Source: Eledone cirrhosa (lineage: Eukaryota). Taken from it: a DNA stretch of 64,000 bases. The notes under the pieces are model-generated. The model made no database searches, was not told the origin of the DNA, and saw nothing but the letters and a program-made list of their open reading frames with translations. Below, piece after piece: positions 26,855 through 39,913 of the stretch (position 1 is its first letter; the number at the start of each line of letters is the position of its first letter). Location of the stretch: the NCBI GenBank assembly GCA_964016885.1, contig CAXHJY010001348.1:7636-71635 (forward strand), in the 5' to 3' direction. Both the position numbers and the translations under genes were made by a program.

Positions 26855-26944
26855 AATTCTGCTAGATGAACCTACCGGAAAGAAAATAATCCGTAATGTT
26901 TTCTTGAATATCCACATAGGGTTTATGTTTAGAAAATGTTAAGG

Positions 26945-28865
26945 ACAACACAGGAGGGCACAGGGGCTGGTACAGGAGGGGACAGGGGCTGGTACAGGAG
27001 GGGACAGGGGTTGGTACAGGGGCTGGTACAGGAGGGCATAGGGGTTGGTACAGGAGGGCATAGGGGCTGGTACAGGAGGGCACAGGGACTGGTACAGGAG
27101 GGCACAGGGGCTGGTACAGGAGGGCATAGGGGTTGGTACAGGAGGGCATAGGGGCTGGTACAGGAGGGCACAGGGACTGGTACAGGAGGGCACAGGGGCT
27201 GGTACAGGAGGGCACAGGGGCTGGTACAGGAGGGCATAGGGGCTGGTACAGGAGGGCATAGGGACTGGTACAGGAGGGCATAGGGGCTGGTACAGGAGGG
27301 CACAGGGGCTGGTACAGGAGGGCACAGGGACTGGTACAGGAGGGCACAGGGGCTGGTACAGGAGGGCACAGGGGTTGGTACAGGAGGGCATAGGGGTTGG
27401 TACAGGAGGGCATAGGGGTTGGTACAGGAGGGCATAGGGGTTGGTACAGGAGGGCATAGGGGCTGGTACAGGAGGGCATAGGGGTTGGTACAGGAGGGCA
27501 CAGGGGCTGGTACAGGAGGGCACAGGGACTGGTACAGGAGGGCACAGGGGCTGGTACAGGAGGGCACAGGGGTTGGTACAGGAGGGCATAGGGGTTGGTA
27601 CAGGAGGGCACAGGGGTTGGTACAGGAGGGCATAGGGGCTGGTACAGGAGGGCACAGGGGCTGGTACAGGAGGGCACAAGATGGTACAGAATGGCACAGG
27701 GTGGTTCGGGATGGTACAGGGTGGCACAGGATGGTACAGAATTGTACAGGATGGTACAGGGAGGTACAGGATGGCACAGGGTGGTACAGGTTGGAATAGG
27801 ATGGCCCAAGATGGCACAGGATGGCACAGGGTGGCACAGAGTGGTACAAGGCGGTACAGGATGGTACAGGATGGTACAGGATGGCAGAGGAGGGCACAGG
27901 GTAGAATAGGGTGGCACAGGATGGCACAGGATGGCAAAGGATGGAATAGGGTGGTACAGGGTGGCACAGGATGGCACAGGAGGGCACAGGATGGTACAGG
28001 GTGGTACAGGATGGCACAGGGTGGCACAGGATGGTACAGGAGAGCACAGGGTGGTACATGATGGTACAGGATTGTAAGGGTCTTACAGGGTGGTTCAGGG
28101 GGGTACAGGGTGGCACAGGGGGCACAGGATTGTACAGGATGGTACATGAGGGCAAAGGGTGGAATAGGGAGGTACAGGATGGTTCAGGGTGGTACAGGGT
28201 GATACAAGATGGTACAGGGTGGCACGGGATGGTACAGGGTGGTACAGAATGGTACAGGGTGGTAAGGAGGGTACAGGGTGGCACAGTGTGGTTCCGGATG
28301 GTACAGGATGGCACAATGTGGTACAAGATGGTACAGGATGGTTCAGAGTAGCACATGGTGGTAGATGATGGCCCATGGCAGCACAGGATGATACAGGGCG
28401 CTACAGGGTGGTACAGAGTGGCACAAGAGGGCACAGGGTTGTACAGGATGGTACAGGAGGGCACAGGAGGGCAAAGGGTGGAATAGGGTGGTACAGGATG
28501 GTTCAGAGTGGTACATGGTGATACAAGATGGTACAGGGTGGTACAGGGTGGTACAGGGTGGCACAGGCTGGCACAGGGTGGCACAGGCTGGTACAGGGTG
28601 GTTCAGAGTGGTACATGGTGATACAAGATGGTACAGGGTGGTACAGGGTGGTACAGGGTGGTACAGGATGGTTCAGAGTGGTACATGGTGATACAAGATG
28701 GTACAGGGTGGTACAGGGTGGTACAGGGTGGCACAGGCTGGTACAGGGTGGTACAAAATGGTACAGGGTGACACAACATGGCACAGGGTGACACAACATG
28801 GCCAAGAGTGGCACAGGGTGACGCAAAATGGCATAGGGTGGCATATGGTGCACAGGACGGCATAG
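26945..28865. repeat. G-rich minisatellite: 22-bp unit (ggggctggtacaggagggcaca) grading into 10-bp units (ggtacagggt/ggcacaggat)
   Basis: Direct inspection; overlapping ORFs are periodic in every frame. Confidence 0.95.
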
Positions 28866-29092
28866 GAAGGTCCAGGATGATGCAGTGTGGGTTTGTGTGT
28901 AACAAAACAGTTATAACGAAAACAAAGAAATTTACTCTTCGAGGGTGCGGGATGCGGGGTAGATGTTCTCGTCTGCTACTCAATGAAATTCACTATGTAG
29001 CCACTGTTACTGTTGCTGTTGATACTGATGCTGGTGTTCCATGTTGATCATTTGTTTCGTTGAGCAGCGCTGTTGTTGCTCTTACGCCAAAT

Positions 29093-29239
29093 TCATTGGG
29101 CGACTTGCTGCTCGTCGGCATTATCTTTCGACGTTTCCGATCTGTGGACGTACACCTCGTGGGCCAGGATACAGAGGGTCAATATTAACATGATTATAGT
29201 TATGATGAACAGGTATTGTGGGAATTCCTCCAAGATCAT
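29093..29239 (-). CDS. Candidate 48-aa hydrophobic microprotein, paralog 2 (MILEEFPQYLFIITIIMLILTLCILAHEVYVHRSETSKDNADEQQVAQ)
   Basis: Identical acceptor, exon starting at 29253; shares FP..LF..T..ML.L..CILAHEVY.HRSE with paralog 1. Confidence 0.65.
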   Translation of the reverse strand: MILEEFPQYLFIITIIMLILTLCILAHEVYVHRSETSKDNADEQQVAQ

Positions 29240-29324
29240 TCTGCCAGCTGAACCTACCGGAAAGAAAATAATCCGTAATGGTTTCTTGAATATCCACATA
29301 GGGTTTATGTTTAGAAAATGTAAG

Positions 29325-30195
29325 GGCGGTACAGGAGGGCACAGGGGTTGGTACAGGAGGGGTCAGGAGGGCACAGGGTGGCACAGGAGGGCACAGGGTG
29401 GCATAGGGTGGCACAGGATGGTACAGAACGGCACACGAGGGCACAGGATGGCACGTGGTGGCACAGGATGGCACATGGTGGCACAGGATGGTACATGATG
29501 TTACAGGATAGTACAGGGTGGCATAGGATGTTACAGAATGCTACAGGAGGGCACAAGGTGGTACAGGAGGGCACATGATGGCGTAGGAGGGTACAGGGTG
29601 ACAAGAAGTGATACAGGATGCTACTGAATGTTACAGGAAGGCACAGGATGGCACAGGATGGCACAGGGTGTCACAGGATGGTACAGAATGGCACAGGGTT
29701 GCACGGAACGGTACAGGAGGGTACAGGATAGCACAGGGTAGCACAGGAGGGCACAGGAGGGCACATGGTGGCATAGGGTTGCATAGGGTGGTATAGGATG
29801 GTACAGGGTGACACAGGATGGTACAGGATGGCACAGGAGGGCACAGGGGGGCACATGGTGGCATAGGACGACACAGGATGGTACATGATGTTACATGATA
29901 GTACAGGGTGGCACAGGATGGTACAGAATGGTACAGGAGGGCACAGGGTGATACAGGAGGGCACAGGATGGTAGAGGAGGGCACAGGAGGACAGGACAGG
30001 GTGGGACAGGATGGCACAGGGTGGTACAGGATGACACATGATGGTACAGGATGTTACAGGATAGTACAGGGTGGCACAGGGTGGCACAGGGTGGAATAGG
30101 GTGGTACAGGATGGTACAGGTTGGCCCAGGGTGGAATAGAGTGGAACAGGATGGTACAGGATGATAGAGGATGGTAGAGGATGGCACAGGATGGT
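29325..30195. repeat. G-rich 10-bp minisatellite, second block
   Basis: Same units as 27680-28865. Confidence 0.95.
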
Positions 30196-30210
30196 AGTAA
30201 AGCAATCTTC

Positions 30211-30617
30211 ATAATAATTGTTTCTACTTTAGACACAAGGCCAGCAATTATCCCAGTGCATTACTGGTACTTTATTTTATCGACCTCGTAAGGATGAAAG
30301 GCAAAGTTAACCTCGGCGTGATTTGAACTCAGATCGTAAAGGGTCGTAACTCTATGTCGCGAAGCATGGTCCCCGACGCTCAACCGATACTACCAATCCA
30401 TTGCCCTTCATCGATCTTCATAATAATTATTTCTACTTTTGGCACAAGGCCAGCAATTATCCCAGTGCATTACTGGTACTTTATTTTATCGACCCCCGTA
30501 AGGATGAAAGGCAAAGTCAACCTCGGCGGGATTTGAACTCAGATCGTAAAGGGCCGTAACTCTATGTTGCAAAGCATGGCGTCCGACCCTCTACCGATAC
30601 TGCCAATCCACCGCCCT
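30211..30617 (-). mobile_element. Two tandem SINE family A copies
   Basis: 30211-30405 and 30420-30617. Confidence 0.85.
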
Positions 30618-30639
30618 TTGAACTAATAATGGACCCGGC

Positions 30640-30960
30640 CAATAACCGGATCTGTCCTACATGTGACAGCAACGATCCGACATAACTCCACATGTCAGTG
30701 AAGCCCCGGTACTGAACGAATGCGTGCTAAATGCAATATTCTTGGGAAAATGCATCTGATGGCACCACCATTCCAGGAGAATTTATCAGGAATTTGTAGC
30801 ACTCCTCGTTAGCATTGCCAGGTCAGAGAAATTTGTTCATTGAAATCTCCGACATGAAAGTCCTCCGAAACAGGCTGACCAGTGCACTGTGTCCAGGCCC
30901 AAAGACTCCCCGATAAAGTTGTGGATTCTCCCTGCCACCAGTCCTCGATAAACTACCAAA
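30640..30960 (-). mobile_element. Degenerate Tx1/L1-like ORF2 remnant
   Basis: A minus frame reads SLTWQC*RGVLQIPDKFSWNG, resembling the zf-RVT region; stops in all frames. Confidence 0.35.
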
Positions 30961-30967
30961 GAGTTAC

Positions 30968-31144
30968 CTCCACCGATCACATGGGCGGAGGTGGTGAGAG
31001 CAGACCTCAGATCGCTGAAGCTCACCGAGGAGATGACGAAGGACCGTGACAAGTGGAGAGATGCTGTGTGTGCTGAATAATAGGACCCGTCCCACCCTTG
31101 CAGGGAAAAGCGGACGTAAAATGATGATGATGATGATGATGATC
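30968..31144 (+). mobile_element. RTE-like 3' end with (ATG)n tail (second copy 35641-35857)
   Basis: TWAEVVRADLRSLKLTEEMTKDRDKWRDAV followed by a short UTR and (ATG)n. Confidence 0.75.
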
Positions 31145-31526
31145 ACATTGCCTGACTGATAGATATTTCAGATGCTAGGCGTCCAATCTTGGTCTTCCTT
31201 CATAAGAGCTAGGACTCTGATTGAAAGTGACAGACTGTAGGATGACTAGCTCTGCGAACGGAGAACATATGGCGGGATTTGAACTCAGAAAACGCAGAGA
31301 GCCGAAACAAATACCATTACATCTGATGCTCTAACAATTCCACCGATTCACCGTCGTAGGCACCAGCCTTCATTCGGGTTGATATATTTAAAAATACATC
31401 ATAACTAAAGAACGCAGGCGTTAATAATAACGCTTTCGTCTTAAAGGTGATTTTTTTTCCCTCTCTCTCTCTCAACAAGTTGGCAACAAAATTTGCAAAA
31501 GTACATGAAAATAAAACATTTGATTT

Positions 31527-31562
<36 letters not shown>

Positions 31563-31770
31563 TTATTAAAATAACAGATTAAAGTTTAACAGATTAAAGT
31601 TTAACAGATTAAAGTTTAAGCGATTCTTTGCTTAAACTTTAATCTGTTATTTTAATAAATATTTGCTCTACGGTTCTTATATATTTGATATATATTTATC
31701 CTTATCGAGCCCTCTTTGGATTTTAGTCTTCAAATTTTTATTATTACTATATATATATATATATATATAT

Positions 31771-32567
31771 TAAAGAGTTAAACAAGATTCAATGAGTATA
31801 TCAAAGAATGAGTTTTACAGTAGATTGGAAGCACTCAACGGTTTTTATTTTCCAGTTATTAATATTAAAATACAAATATTAATAAAATGATGTTCTTTTG
31901 ATCAATTACATTTTATTATACATATTTCGGATGTACAACAGTACGTCCTCATCAGACAAAATATAATGATACATGACATACCCTGAGATGTTAAATGGTT
32001 AAGATTTAATCAAGGTAGGGATTAACCTGAGACAAAATTTAACATGTATACCCTAATAATGAGGAAATGAGAAAACGTAATAAATTCAATAGAGAATGTA
32101 TGAGTAAGAAAAACGTTAGTTAATGTGAGAGCTATAGAGATTTTAAAATGTATGATACTACAAGTTAAGTTTATCTAGGAAAACATCTCATGAATTATAA
32201 CAGTCAGTGACAGCCACTGAAAGATGATTTATAGAGAGGGAAAGATAAAGGGGGTAATATATGCAGAAGGAGGTTTTTTCCGAAAGTTAAACGGTTAAGT
32301 TTGAAAATATTTAATTTATGCTATTTTAGGGTGAAGAATCAAGATTTTAGGGTTTTTTTTAAATTGCTGGTTATTTATATTTATTAGTTTTGTAAATTCT
32401 ATAAGTGTGTTAACATTTCTAAACTTCTGAATTTTATGAGGATAACATTTAAAGGATTTAGCATGCATCATTATATTTTGTCTGATGAGGACGTACTGTT
32501 GTACATCCGAAATATGTATAATAAAATGTAATTGATCAAAAGAACATCTATTTTATTAATATTTGTA

Positions 32568-32575
<8 letters not shown>
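31771..32575 (-). mobile_element. PLE-like element with ~110-bp inverted copy and two hammerheads
   Basis: Arms ~31862-31972 / 32465-32575. Hammerheads 31910-31962 (-) and 32475-32527 (+): attttgt-CTGATGA-GGACGTAC/tgtt/GTACATCC-GAAA-tatgta-TA-ataaaat. TTGAGTGCT on minus at ~31830. Confidence 0.8.
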
Positions 32576-32615
<40 letters not shown>

Positions 32616-32620
<5 letters not shown>

Positions 32621-32990
32621 ATACTTTGGGAGGGTCATGTTGCCAATTAGAAACACACGCACCAGTTGCTTTCACTCCAATTTATTATAAATTAAATTTA
32701 TAAATTTAAGAATTTATAAATTTCCGGTTGGTTGGTTGGTTGGTTCCACAACCGGACGGTTCTTCATATATTGTCAAAGTTCTTTCGTCACACATTCTGT
32801 GACCTCTTCAGTGACTGGGGATTCTTCTCTTTGTTTTGTGCCTCTCCTTTGTTCTATAATAAATTGGAGGGAAAGCAACTGGTGCGTGTGTTTCTTATTG
32901 GCAACATGACCCTCCCAAAGTATAACAATATCGGTTTCAACACACGATTTCAGATAAAGAATCTTGCTAGACAAATTCAGAAACGATATA
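32616..32990. mobile_element. Foldback element with hammerhead in the spacer (3' part also at 10480-10610 and 16478-16605)
   Basis: Arms ~32616-32689 / 32855-32929. Minus-strand hammerhead 32773-32815: gtca-CTGAAGA-gGTCACA/gaatg/TGTGAC-GAA-AG-aa-CT-T-tgac. Confidence 0.7.
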
Positions 32991-33088
32991 TATATATATA
33001 AATATATATATATATAAGTGGTATATACAGGTGGTATGGTGCATGCTTCTGATATTCTCAGACATGGCATCTTTAATCTAATTTTGGT

Positions 33089-33139
<51 letters not shown>

Positions 33140-33212
33140 AAGGATACCAGGTGGACCATGACGCACCAGAGTACTCGATACTTGGGGTAGCAGCTGTCGG
33201 GGTCCTGAATTT

Positions 33213-33262
<50 letters not shown>

Positions 33263-33331
33263 TACTTTTAGTGAACCTTTCAAGCATATGAGGGACTATA
33301 TATCTTATTGGGACTATGTATCTTATATATA

Positions 33332-33376
<45 letters not shown>

Positions 33377-33378
33377 AA

Positions 33379-33413
<35 letters not shown>

Positions 33414-33620
33414 AGCTTCTATAATCGCTGCCAGGATATATATTGGTAAACTGCAATATAACCTTACACACACACACACACACACACCTATCTACGGCGG
33501 GTAAAATTCCCGAGATCAATGGACGAGTTCTCTCCAGCGGTCTCTGTCCCTCATTATCGCTGCCATGCCCTTCGTCTCCAACAGACCAGTGTCTGTTCTT
33601 AGGGCATCAACATATGTTAA

Positions 33621-33675
<55 letters not shown>

Positions 33676-33678
<3 letters not shown>

Positions 33679-33918
33679 GTAAGAATATTTTCGAAACAGT
33701 TTGAAATTATTAAAAATGTAAGCTATCGCCGTATTTTGACTAAAGAAATTAAAGAAATTATTTAGCCTGATAGTGGGGTTAAGAACCCTCGGAGAAATGG
33801 AAAAAGATGAGTATTGACGTACATCAATACTCATCTTTTTCCATTTCTCCGAGGGTTCTTAACCCCACTATCAGGCTAAATAATTTCTTTAATTTCTTTA
33901 GTCAAAATACGGCGATAG

Positions 33919-33919
<1 letters not shown>
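33676..33919. repeat. Near-perfect ~96-bp-arm palindrome inside (TA)n
   Basis: Arms ~33723-33818 / 33823-33918. Confidence 0.9.
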
Positions 33920-34600
<681 letters not shown>

Positions 34601-34888
34601 TATCCCACAACTCCTTGTGAAGTCGTATAGGCAACGTCATACAACGTTTCTAGGGCACTTTTAAACCTGGCGAAACCCAACCCTCTCCAGGTCTGAACAA
34701 GCCGATTTTTTTCTATAGAGGAAGAATCGAGCCCAGTACTGGACTGGTACCTTTCCTTTAACGACCTCGAAAGGATGAAAGGCAAAGTTGACCCCGGATG
34801 GATTTGAACTCAAAGCACGCAATGAGAAGGTACGAATACTGTAAAACATTCTATCCAACGTATATATATATATATATATATATATATA

Positions 34889-35092
34889 GGAACGAGTAGA
34901 ACCCCGACGGCTGAGCTCAAGCCGTTTCGACGGCTAATTCTGGACTAAACATTTAGTCCAGAATTAGCCGTCGAAACGGCTTGAGCTCAGCCGTCGGGGT
35001 CCTACTCGTTCCTATTACCCACTCTACTACCCTAAGTATTGAGTACTTTGGTGCGTTATGGTCCACCTAGTTCCTTACCACATTTCCTCCGT

Positions 35093-35138
<46 letters not shown>

Positions 35139-35340
35139 AACGAGTAGGACCCCGACGGCTGAGCTGAAGCCGTTTCGACGGCTAATTCTGGACTAAACAT
35201 TTAGTCCAGAATTAGCCGTCGAAACGGCTTGAGCTCAGCCGTCGGGGTCCTACTCGTTCCTATTACCCACTCTACTACCCCAAGTATTGAGTACTTTGGT
35301 GCGTTATGGTCCACCTGGTTCCTTACCACATTTCCTCCGT

Positions 35341-35380
<40 letters not shown>

Positions 35381-35583
35381 GGAACGAGTAGAACCCCAAC
35401 GGCTGAGCTCAAGCCGTTTCGACGGCTAATTCTGGACTAAACATTTAGTCCAGAATTAGCCGTCGAAACGGCTTGAGCTCAGCCGTCGGGGTCCTACTCG
35501 TTCCTATTACCCACTCTACTACCCCAAGTATTGAGTACTTTGGTGCGTTATGGTCCACCTAGTTCCTTACCACATTTCCTCCG

Positions 35584-35585
<2 letters not shown>
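34889..35585 (+). mobile_element. Three tandem copies of a ~205-bp foldback element separated by (TA)n
   Basis: Units 34889-35093, 35136-35341, 35380-35585, each with ~60-bp arms around taaa-ca-ttta. Family also at 12945-13085, 14340-14510, 22741-22850, 33135-33205, 59893-60072. Confidence 0.85.
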
Positions 35586-35643
<58 letters not shown>

Positions 35644-35804
35644 TAAAGGAAGACCACGAAAAACATGGGAGGAGGTGGTGAGAGCAGACCTCAGATTTGT
35701 TAAAGCTCACGGAGGATATGACGAAGGACCGTGACATGTGGAGAGATGCTGTGCTGCTAATAGGACCCGCCCCACCCTTGCAAGCAGGGAAAAGCGGACG
35801 TAAA

Positions 35805-35857
<53 letters not shown>

Positions 35858-35965
35858 AATAATGTAGGTAGTACGGTGAAATACTGGTGTTGGTACTAAA
35901 TCAAGCACTCTATGCACAGGCAGAGTGTATAAGACAAATTATATGTTTTGTCGCATCACCAGTCA

Positions 35966-36070
35966 CCAGTCTGAGGAGGAGATCGATACTGAAGTCGGGT
36001 CCATAACTCCTATGGGTCACCTTGAGCCAATCCTCTGCGAAACGCGCGTAACAGGCTGATACGCAATAAA
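35966..36070 (+). ncRNA. Hammerhead-like motif with long degenerate stem II
   Basis: ccagt-CTGAGGA-..61 nt..-GAA-ACG-cg-CGT-A-acagg, AATAAA at 36065. Confidence 0.5.
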
Positions 36071-36256
36071 TATTTATACATATATATATATAGTATTAAT
36101 TATACTATTTATGGTTATGCAAATACAAAAACCTTTTGCAGTTATATATATTTTTATAAACCCTAAATAGTGGTAGGCAGTAATGTATTACTACCTTATT
36201 ACCAGTAAGTTAAATAGCTCAATGTAAAAACATCAGATGATTTATAGAGCAGTTAT

Positions 36257-36443
36257 ATGAATTATAAGAATCAAAGAACTGTTCAAAACATTTTTATGCT
36301 TACAACTGTTTCCTCCAAACCGTGAAAAAGAGGTCATATAAGTGTTCATTCAATAATAAATTGCTCCGAAGAATCCAAACCTCGGTTTGGAGGAAACAGT
36401 TGTAAGCATAAAAATGTTTTGAACAGTTCTTTGATTTTTATAA

Positions 36444-36447
<4 letters not shown>
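36257..36447. mobile_element. Foldback element with variant hammerhead
   Basis: Arms ~36257-36322 / 36383-36447. Plus 36362-36408: tgct-CCGAAGA-aTCCAAAC/ctcg/GTTTGGAg-GAA-ACA-gt-TGT-A-agca. Confidence 0.7.
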
Positions 36448-36511
<64 letters not shown>

Positions 36512-36560
36512 CATACATATATATATATATATATATACATACATATATATATATATATAT

Positions 36561-36657
<97 letters not shown>

Positions 36658-36680
36658 CATACATATATATATATATATAT

Positions 36681-36719
<39 letters not shown>

Positions 36720-36758
36720 CATATATATATATATATATATACATACATATATATATAT

Positions 36759-36790
<32 letters not shown>

Positions 36791-36858
36791 ATACATATAT
36801 ATATATATATATACATACATATATATATATATATACATACATACATATATATATATAT

Positions 36859-36941
<83 letters not shown>

Positions 36942-36970
36942 CATACATACATACATATATATATATATAC

Positions 36971-37001
<31 letters not shown>

Positions 37002-37006
37002 CATAC

Positions 37007-37091
<85 letters not shown>

Positions 37092-37204
37092 CATATATAT
37101 ATATATACATACATATATATATATATATATACATACATATATATATATATATATATACATACATATATATATATACATATACATACATATATATATATAT
37201 ATAT

Positions 37205-37261
<57 letters not shown>
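36448..37261. repeat. (TA)n/(TACA)n microsatellite
   Basis: Direct inspection. Confidence 0.95.
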
Positions 37262-37263
<2 letters not shown>

Positions 37264-37570
37264 CACTGCTTTCGACCTTTTATGGTCGGCTCTATGCACA
37301 ATAATGATTTGTGATAGCTAGCTAGGATGACCTCGGCCTCGTCGAGCAAGAGCAAGGAGAAAAAGGAAGAAAATATATATATAGACATAATTGCATCTTC
37401 AAGAAGATACCAGACATTCATTCACCTTCAGTAAACATGGACGAGGCCAGGAGGTGTTCATGTCATCTGACGGTATCCAACGTTTATTGGGCTTCGGCTC
37501 CCAAGAGTAACACCCTCTCGCTGGTGTACATTTGGTTAAGAGGGGCCTACTGGCTGTAAGTTTGTATGCA

Positions 37571-37621
<51 letters not shown>

Positions 37622-37815
37622 CGGCGATGAATTAGTTTTAGCGAGTATTGTATCTGTATTATTTTTGACCGTCGGTCAGTCAATGGCAGCATTGAGGACC
37701 GATTAAGTTAGATCGCAGATATAAAAGACAGCGAGAAGCGAAAACCAACCAAACAGTGAGTGTGTTCTGTTATTAATTCTGGCAATATTTCACAAATATG
37801 ACCCTCCCCAAGTAT

Positions 37816-37877
<62 letters not shown>

Positions 37878-38124
37878 AACGATCGACTTTCGTCAAATCA
37901 GACCGAGGAAACGATGTTTCCATTGGTTTTTCTAATTGCTAATACACTCTATCGGTCGGAACTCCAGTTAGAAGGAGCAACGTGAAATAAAGTGTCTTGC
38001 TCAAGGACATAAAGCATCGCCCGGTCTGGGAATCGAACTCACAACCTCACGATTGCGAATCCAATTCTTTAATCACGTACTCGAAATTAAAAGAAAGAGA
38101 AACATACATACATACAAATACATA

Positions 38125-39003
38125 TACATGATGGCTGCAAACTCTGCTAAGAGTATTGCAATCGCTTGTCAGATTGTAGAGTTTGGTGCATCTTTAGACT
38201 ACGTTCAGCCACACAAACCTGTAACACATCCTGAACAAGCAATGCCTGTGCTTTGAAGGGTTTTTTAAAGTGGGGAAAGGCCTTGCAATCAACCAATTCC
38301 ATTCTCTTGGCATCGAAAACACAACCCGAAAAGGAGAACTGGTCAACATCATCGGATGCTTCCGAAACTACAGGTTTTTTTTGTTTTTTTTCAGAGTTTC
38401 CCTCTTCTAGAAAGGTGTTGTAAAACTATATGGATGGCCGTTGACTTGTATTTTAAACAAGACAACATACATACAAACAAACATATATACATACATACAT
38501 ATATACATGCATATATACAAGATGGCTGAACACTCTGCTAAGAGTACTGAAATCGCTTGTCAGATTATAGAGTTTGGTGCACTTTTAGGCTACGGCCAGC
38601 CACACGAACCTATAACAGATCCTGAACAAGCAATGCCTGTGCTTTGAAGGGTTTTTTAAATGGGGAAAGGCCTTGCACTCGACCAATCCCACTCTCTGGG
38701 CATCGAAAACACTACCCCAAAAAAGAGAACTGGTGAACATCATCGGATGTTCCCGAAGCCGCAGGGTTTTTTTTTTCAGAGTTTCCCTCTTCTAGGAAGG
38801 TGTTGTGACAACAACTGGGGGCCTTTCACTCCCAGGTGTGGGGAAAAAAAAAAAAGAAAAGTACTATTTGGATGGCCGTTGACTCTGCTGAGTTCCTCCG
38901 CCCTTTGGCGGGTCTTGTATTTCATCCCGCAGGGTGTCCAAATATCACCCTCCTCAGCAAGCTAGCTTGGTGGGTTTGCCGGTTTAGTCGCCGACGACCC
39001 GAC
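38125..39003 (-). mobile_element. Two tandem internally deleted RTE derivatives (partial copy also at 55590-55787)
   Basis: 38125-38445 and 38520-39003 are homologous to each other and to 42050-42662; both end in cagccatc + (ATGT)-type repeat. Confidence 0.75.
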
Positions 39004-39078
39004 ATATACATAAATACACATATACACATATACACATATACCTGTACGTGTTTACACACCTGAACGATGATAACTTAC

Positions 39079-39274
39079 CTTAGTCAAATAACCTTGGTAT
39101 TTTCTAGCTTTCTTCTTACCTGTATTATGGTTATACTCGTTTTTTTTATGATATTAGTAATAATATTATTTTCAGAGAAACCCTTAGTTTTTGGGGGAGA
39201 GAACAGTTTTTTCCTTGCCTCTCCTTTGTGGTACTTTTAAGGTAGACCTTGCTTTGAGGTACGCCTTTTTGAAT
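39079..39274 (-). other. Candidate non-coding (5'UTR) exon
   Basis: Acceptor ctttctctttatttttgaactag| at 39274; two consensus donors CAG|GTAAGA (39120) and AAG|GTAAGT (39079); no ATG, stops in all frames. Confidence 0.4.
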
Positions 39275-39351
39275 CTAGTTCAAAAATAAAGAGAAAGACA
39301 ACTCTGTTACGTATATTTAAGTATATGTGTACATATACACACTCACACACA

Positions 39352-39390
<39 letters not shown>

Positions 39391-39703
39391 ACACACATAT
39401 GTAGATATATGTGTGTGTATATATGTATATATATATATATCTGTGTGTGTGAGAGCGTGCGTGTTGTGAGTGTGTGTGTGCACGCGTGTGTATACATATA
39501 TATGTATATATTTATGTATATATGTATGTATATATATATATATGGCTGTGGATGTGTGTACGTAAGTACATATATGCATGTGCATATATATAAACACATA
39601 ATTATTATATATATATGTGTGTGTGTGTGTGTATGTGTGTGTGTGCACACACACACACACACATATATACATATATACACACATACATATATATACATAT
39701 ATT

Positions 39704-39738
<35 letters not shown>

Positions 39739-39854
39739 GCACATATATTTATATATATACACACATATTCATATATATACACACATATAGTAATAATAAT
39801 ATATATATATACACATATATATATATATATACACACACATATATATACACACAC

Positions 39855-39913
<59 letters not shown>

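Noticed and set aside
26855-26917. MWIFKK.. N-terminal extension in the ORF track (also 29240-29299)
   Set aside because: It spans a polypyrimidine tract and AG and is almost invariant, unlike the downstream coding part. It is better read as intron plus short UTR, though upstream initiation is not excluded.
26862-28584. Cys/Pro/His-rich 371-551 aa ORFs as structural proteins
   Set aside because: The 22-bp and 10-bp units are not multiples of 3, so all frames give the same cyclic peptide; this is a minisatellite.
34889-35585. CRISPR-like repeat-spacer array
   Set aside because: Units are ~205 bp, spacers are plain (TA)n, context is eukaryotic, and there are no cas genes.
37400-37555. Possible plus-strand exon ending at CT|GTAAGT
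   Set aside because: One open frame but no recognisable homology and a weak acceptor.
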